Below, one piece after another: positions 55,739 to 58,385 of a DNA stretch of 58,385 bases. Source of the stretch: an uncultured Cytophagia bacterium (GTDB taxonomy: Bacteria; Zhuqueibacterota; Zhuqueibacteria; Residuimicrobiales; Oceaniaggregativiventaceae). Made by a program: the position numbers and the translations under genes. The stretch is taken from NCBI GenBank assembly GCA_964413725.1, contig CAYPUH010000001.1, forward strand, positions 1-58,385. The letters run 5' to 3'. Every line of letters starts with the position of its first letter. Position 1 is the stretch's first letter. The notes under the pieces were generated by a model. It ran no database searches, was not told the origin of the DNA, and saw only the letters and a list, made by a program, of their open reading frames with translations.

Positions 55739-57433
55739 TTACTCCGAATCCGTCCAGGGGTTTTGCAACACGGCGCCGGTGTTGGCCGACGTCACATATG
55801 TGACGTATCGTGCCAGCCACCCGCGTTTGATTTTAGCTTGAAACGGTGGCAGAGAGTCGAGTCTGGCTTTCATCTCCTCTTTGGAGAGCCGGACATTCAG
55901 AGTACGGTTCTCCAGGTCGATCTCGATCCGGTCGCCTTCTTTGAGGGCGGCGATGGGACCCCGTGCGGCTGCTTCCGGACTGATGTGGCCGATACATGCA
56001 CCCCGGGTTCCTCCGGAAAAACGACCGTCGGTGATCAGAGCGACCTGATCGCCGAGGCCCAGTCCCATGATGGCGGATGTGGGGGCCAGCATCTCGGGCA
56101 TTCCGGGTCCACCTTTTGGCCCTTCGTAGCGGATGACCACCACGTCGCCGGGCTGGATTTCCTTTCGGTCGATGCCTTGCAGACAGTCTGCCTCGCTGTT
56201 GTAGATCCGTGCCGGTCCTGCGTGCTGTCGCATCGAATCGGACACTGCACCGGTTTTGACCACCGCTCCCTCGGGAGCCAGGTTGCCGAACAGCACCGCG
56301 AGGCCGCCCGTCGTGCTATAAGGGCGGTCCAGTGGACGGATCACTTTGTCATCCCGGGGGGGGCGGTTTTCGATGACCTCCCCCAGAGTTCCTCCGGCCA
56401 CTGTGGGACGATTCACGTCGAGGAGTCCGGGAATCTGGCTCAAACGGTGAAGAATGGCGGAAATGCCACCGGCGCGGTCTACATCTTCGATATGGACATC
56501 CTTTGAGGCCGGAGACACTTTGCAGAGATAGGGAACCCGGTCTGCGAGAGTGTTGAGATCTGCCAGATCCAGCTCGATACCCGCCTCATGGGCAATGGCA
56601 AAACTGTGGAGTATGGTATTGGTCGATCCTCCCATGGCGAGGTCGAGAGCAAATGCATTCATGAATGAATCCCGGTTCATAATATCGCGGGGTTTGATAT
56701 CCTGTTTTACCAGGTCCAGAATCCGTTCACCGACCTGGTCGATCAGTTGCGTGCGCTGCGGATCCACGGCCAATACCGTACCATTTCCGGGCAGAGCAAT
56801 ACCGAGTGCCTCGCATAAACAGTTCATACTGTTGGCGGTAAACATTCCGGAACAGCTGCCACACGTGGGGCAACCGTGGTCCTCCAGTTCCTTGAGACGA
56901 TTTTCATCGATACGGCCAGCTTTGATCTGCCCCACGCCCTCAAAGACAGAGATCAGATCGACTTTTTCTCCGGAATCCAGACGACCGGCTTTCATGGGTC
57001 CGCCCGAGATAAAGATGACCGGAATGTTGAGTCGCATCGCTGCAATCAGCATTCCGGGGACAATCTTGTCGCAGTTGGGAATACACACCAGACCATCCAG
57101 ACAGTGAGCCGCGGCAACGGTTTCAACCGAGTCGGCAATCAACTCCCGCGAGGGAAGACTGTAGTTCATACCCTTGTGGCCCATGGCAATACCATCATCG
57201 ACACCGATGGTATTGAATTCAAAGGGCACTCCCCCCGCTCGTTTTACCGATTGTTTGACCCGTCTACCGAATGACTGAAGATGAACATGTCCCGGGATCA
57301 GATCGATGTATGAATTGCAGATGCCGATAAAAGGCTTTTTAAAATCGTCATCTTTGATGCCAGTGGCTTTTAATAAACTGCGATGTGGAGCTTTGTCGAT
57401 TCCTTTTTTTACAGTATCTGATCTCATGATCAT
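55739..57433 (-). CDS. ilvD: Dihydroxy-acid dehydratase
   Basis: 564 aa with [16 protein letters not shown] and TDGRFSGGT motifs. Confidence 0.96.
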   Translation of the reverse strand: MIMRSDTVKKGIDKAPHRSLLKATGIKDDDFKKPFIGICNSYIDLIPGHVHLQSFGRRVKQSVKRAGGVPFEFNTIGVDDGIAMGHKGMNYSLPSRELIADSVETVAAAHCLDGLVCIPNCDKIVPGMLIAAMRLNIPVIFISGGPMKAGRLDSGEKVDLISVFEGVGQIKAGRIDENRLKELEDHGCPTCGSCSGMFTANSMNCLCEALGIALPGNGTVLAVDPQRTQLIDQVGERILDLVKQDIKPRDIMNRDSFMNAFALDLAMGGSTNTILHSFAIAHEAGIELDLADLNTLADRVPYLCKVSPASKDVHIEDVDRAGGISAILHRLSQIPGLLDVNRPTVAGGTLGEVIENRPPRDDKVIRPLDRPYSTTGGLAVLFGNLAPEGAVVKTGAVSDSMRQHAGPARIYNSEADCLQGIDRKEIQPGDVVVIRYEGPKGGPGMPEMLAPTSAIMGLGLGDQVALITDGRFSGGTRGACIGHISPEAAARGPIAALKEGDRIEIDLENRTLNVRLSKEEMKARLDSLPPFQAKIKRGWLARYVTYVTSANTGAVLQNPWTDSE

Positions 57434-57489
57434 GACCTCGTTTCATAGTACTGCAAGTATGTTGTAATGGATTTGTCAGAAAGGAAAGC

Positions 57490-57533
57490 GCCGGTTCGAT
57501 TTACGATCGTCTTATCGTAGGACCGGCAATCGA
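57490..57533 (-). promoter_or_regulatory. Interleaved complementary hexamers in the ilvD 5' leader (mutually exclusive helices)
   Basis: The plus strand reads GCCGGT TCGATT TACGAT cgtctt ATCGTA gg ACCGGC AATCGA. A pairs with A', C pairs with C', and B pairs with B', where B:B' crosses A:A'. The element lies 57-100 nt upstream of the ilvD ATG. Confidence 0.35.
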
Positions 57534-57898
57534 AGGAGCCACCATTGCGAGGACACAAGGATCCAATTCCCGTGGAGGGTTCGGATTGGGATAAAGGGGG
57601 CTGTGAATACTCTTGTGTTCATCATGATTTGTGGCAAAAGTGACAGGTTATGGAATAAAGTTAAACAAACGGGTGTAGAGAATATTCCCGGCCGTGTAAA
57701 AAAAATGTCCCTGGTGTGGCCGAATACAGAACCACCCGGTTTCCATTCATCTGCTATATTAAAAATATAAAGGTTTTTGAAAAAGTAAAGAAATTTTTTA
57801 AGTTATATGACTCGTTCTGCTGAAACCTTTGAGACTCTGATCTGCACGAATCGAAAAACAGCTGATTTTTCTTATCATTATCATACAAGGAGACGATT

Positions 57899-58385
57899 AT
57901 GGAGCATCCTTTTTCACTGGAAACCCTGGCGGTGCATGCGGGACAGTCTGTGGATCCGGAAACGATGGCCCGTGGTGTCCCGGTCCACCGAACGGCTGCC
58001 TATCTCTTTCGCGACACCGAACATGCTGCCAATCTGTTTTCGTTGCAGGAATTGGGAAACATCTATACTCGCCTGGGAAATCCGACACAGGCCGTACTGG
58101 AAGCGCGTATGGCCGCGCTGGAAGGAGGCGCTGCCGCTCTTGCTACGGCTTCCGGAACGTCATCGATTTTTTACAGTATCATCAATATCTGTTCGGCCGG
58201 AGATGAAATTGTGTCGGCCAACAATCTGTATGGTGGGACGTATACGATGTTTGATTCCATTCTGCCCCGGTTTGGCATCCACTGTCGGTTTGCGGATGCC
58301 GGCAACGCGGACCAATTTGATGCGGCGGTAACGGAAAACACCCGCGCCATCTTCGCTGACACATTGATTGAGGATGCCGATTTGT
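57899..58385 (+). CDS. metY: O-acetylhomoserine (thiol)-lyase / Cys-Met-metabolism PLP enzyme, 5' partial (runs off the window)
   Basis: This frame is absent from the ORF track because it has no stop. It reads MEHPFSLETLAVHAGQSVDPETMARGVPVHRTAAYLFRDTEHAANLF..GNIYTRLGNPTQAVLEARMAALEGG... AAGGAG lies 6 nt upstream of the ATG. Confidence 0.9.
   Translation, partial: MEHPFSLETLAVHAGQSVDPETMARGVPVHRTAAYLFRDTEHAANLFSLQELGNIYTRLGNPTQAVLEARMAALEGGAAALATASGTSSIFYSIINICSAGDEIVSANNLYGGTYTMFDSILPRFGIHCRFADAGNADQFDAAVTENTRAIFADTLIEDADL

Noticed and set aside
57600-57898. Expected SAM riboswitch upstream of metY.
   Set aside because: I saw no SAM-I hallmarks (the conserved GAGGGA...GCCC...GCAACC core) and no convincing SAM-II/V AAAGCU pseudoknot elements. 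The question stays open for an Rfam scan.
57807-58331. 174-aa plus-strand ORF from the track at the right end of the window.
   Set aside because: A different frame starting at 57899, with AAGGAG upstream, translates into a clear O-acetylhomoserine sulfhydrylase N-terminus and stays open to the window end. The tracked ORF is Arg/Trp/Cys-rich and looks like an out-of-frame artefact.

Overview
This 58.4-kb window is bacterial chromosome. It is probably from an uncultivated Gram-negative, FCB-like lineage. I infer that only from gene content: a multi-LTD secreted protein with a FlgD-Ig/T9SS-like C-terminus, a CarboxypepD_reg-type TonB receptor followed by a DUF4249-like lipoprotein, and S74 tail-fibre-like proteins.

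Most of the window is housekeeping:
- lipid kinase, purA, secD-secF plus a STAS gene
- citrate-lyase genes and an NhaC-type antiporter
- uvrA, gltB-gltD, purC, an S9 peptidase, trmO, a DUF1684 protein
- a stand-alone trpB2, an ilvD-ilvB-leuC-leuD operon, and the 5' part of metY

Three visibly AT-rich accessory islets interrupt this backbone:
- 17.0-21.8 kb: TonB receptor, DUF4249-like lipoprotein and a lipoprotein gene bracketed by inverted repeats
- 26.7-29.6 kb: vapBC between two 170-bp direct repeats, plus an AAA_14/DUF4143 ATPase
- 41.8-46.0 kb: two secreted tail-fibre-like proteins behind long ORF-free leaders

I found no rRNA, tRNA, CRISPR array, transposase or integrase. I cannot point to an obvious multi-gene novel system.

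The observations best supported by the sequence are:
1. A textbook-looking ribosome-mediated attenuator upstream of the stand-alone trpB2. It has a 31-aa leader peptide with six Trp codons (absent from the ORF track), a U9 intrinsic terminator and a consensus-like promoter.
2. A CitD-CitE fusion in which the prosthetic-group serine of the acyl-carrier domain aligns with lysine. No citC, citX or citG lies in the window.
3. A vapBC cassette flanked by near-identical 170-bp direct repeats, which looks like a Campbell-type insertion.
4. A low-GC beta-gamma-crystallin-like lipoprotein gene tightly bracketed by 14-bp perfect inverted repeats.
5. A dispersed CACAGAG / AAAGAGAAAGA repeat family in at least six intergenic loci.

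All functional calls come from motif recognition by eye. No database search was run.
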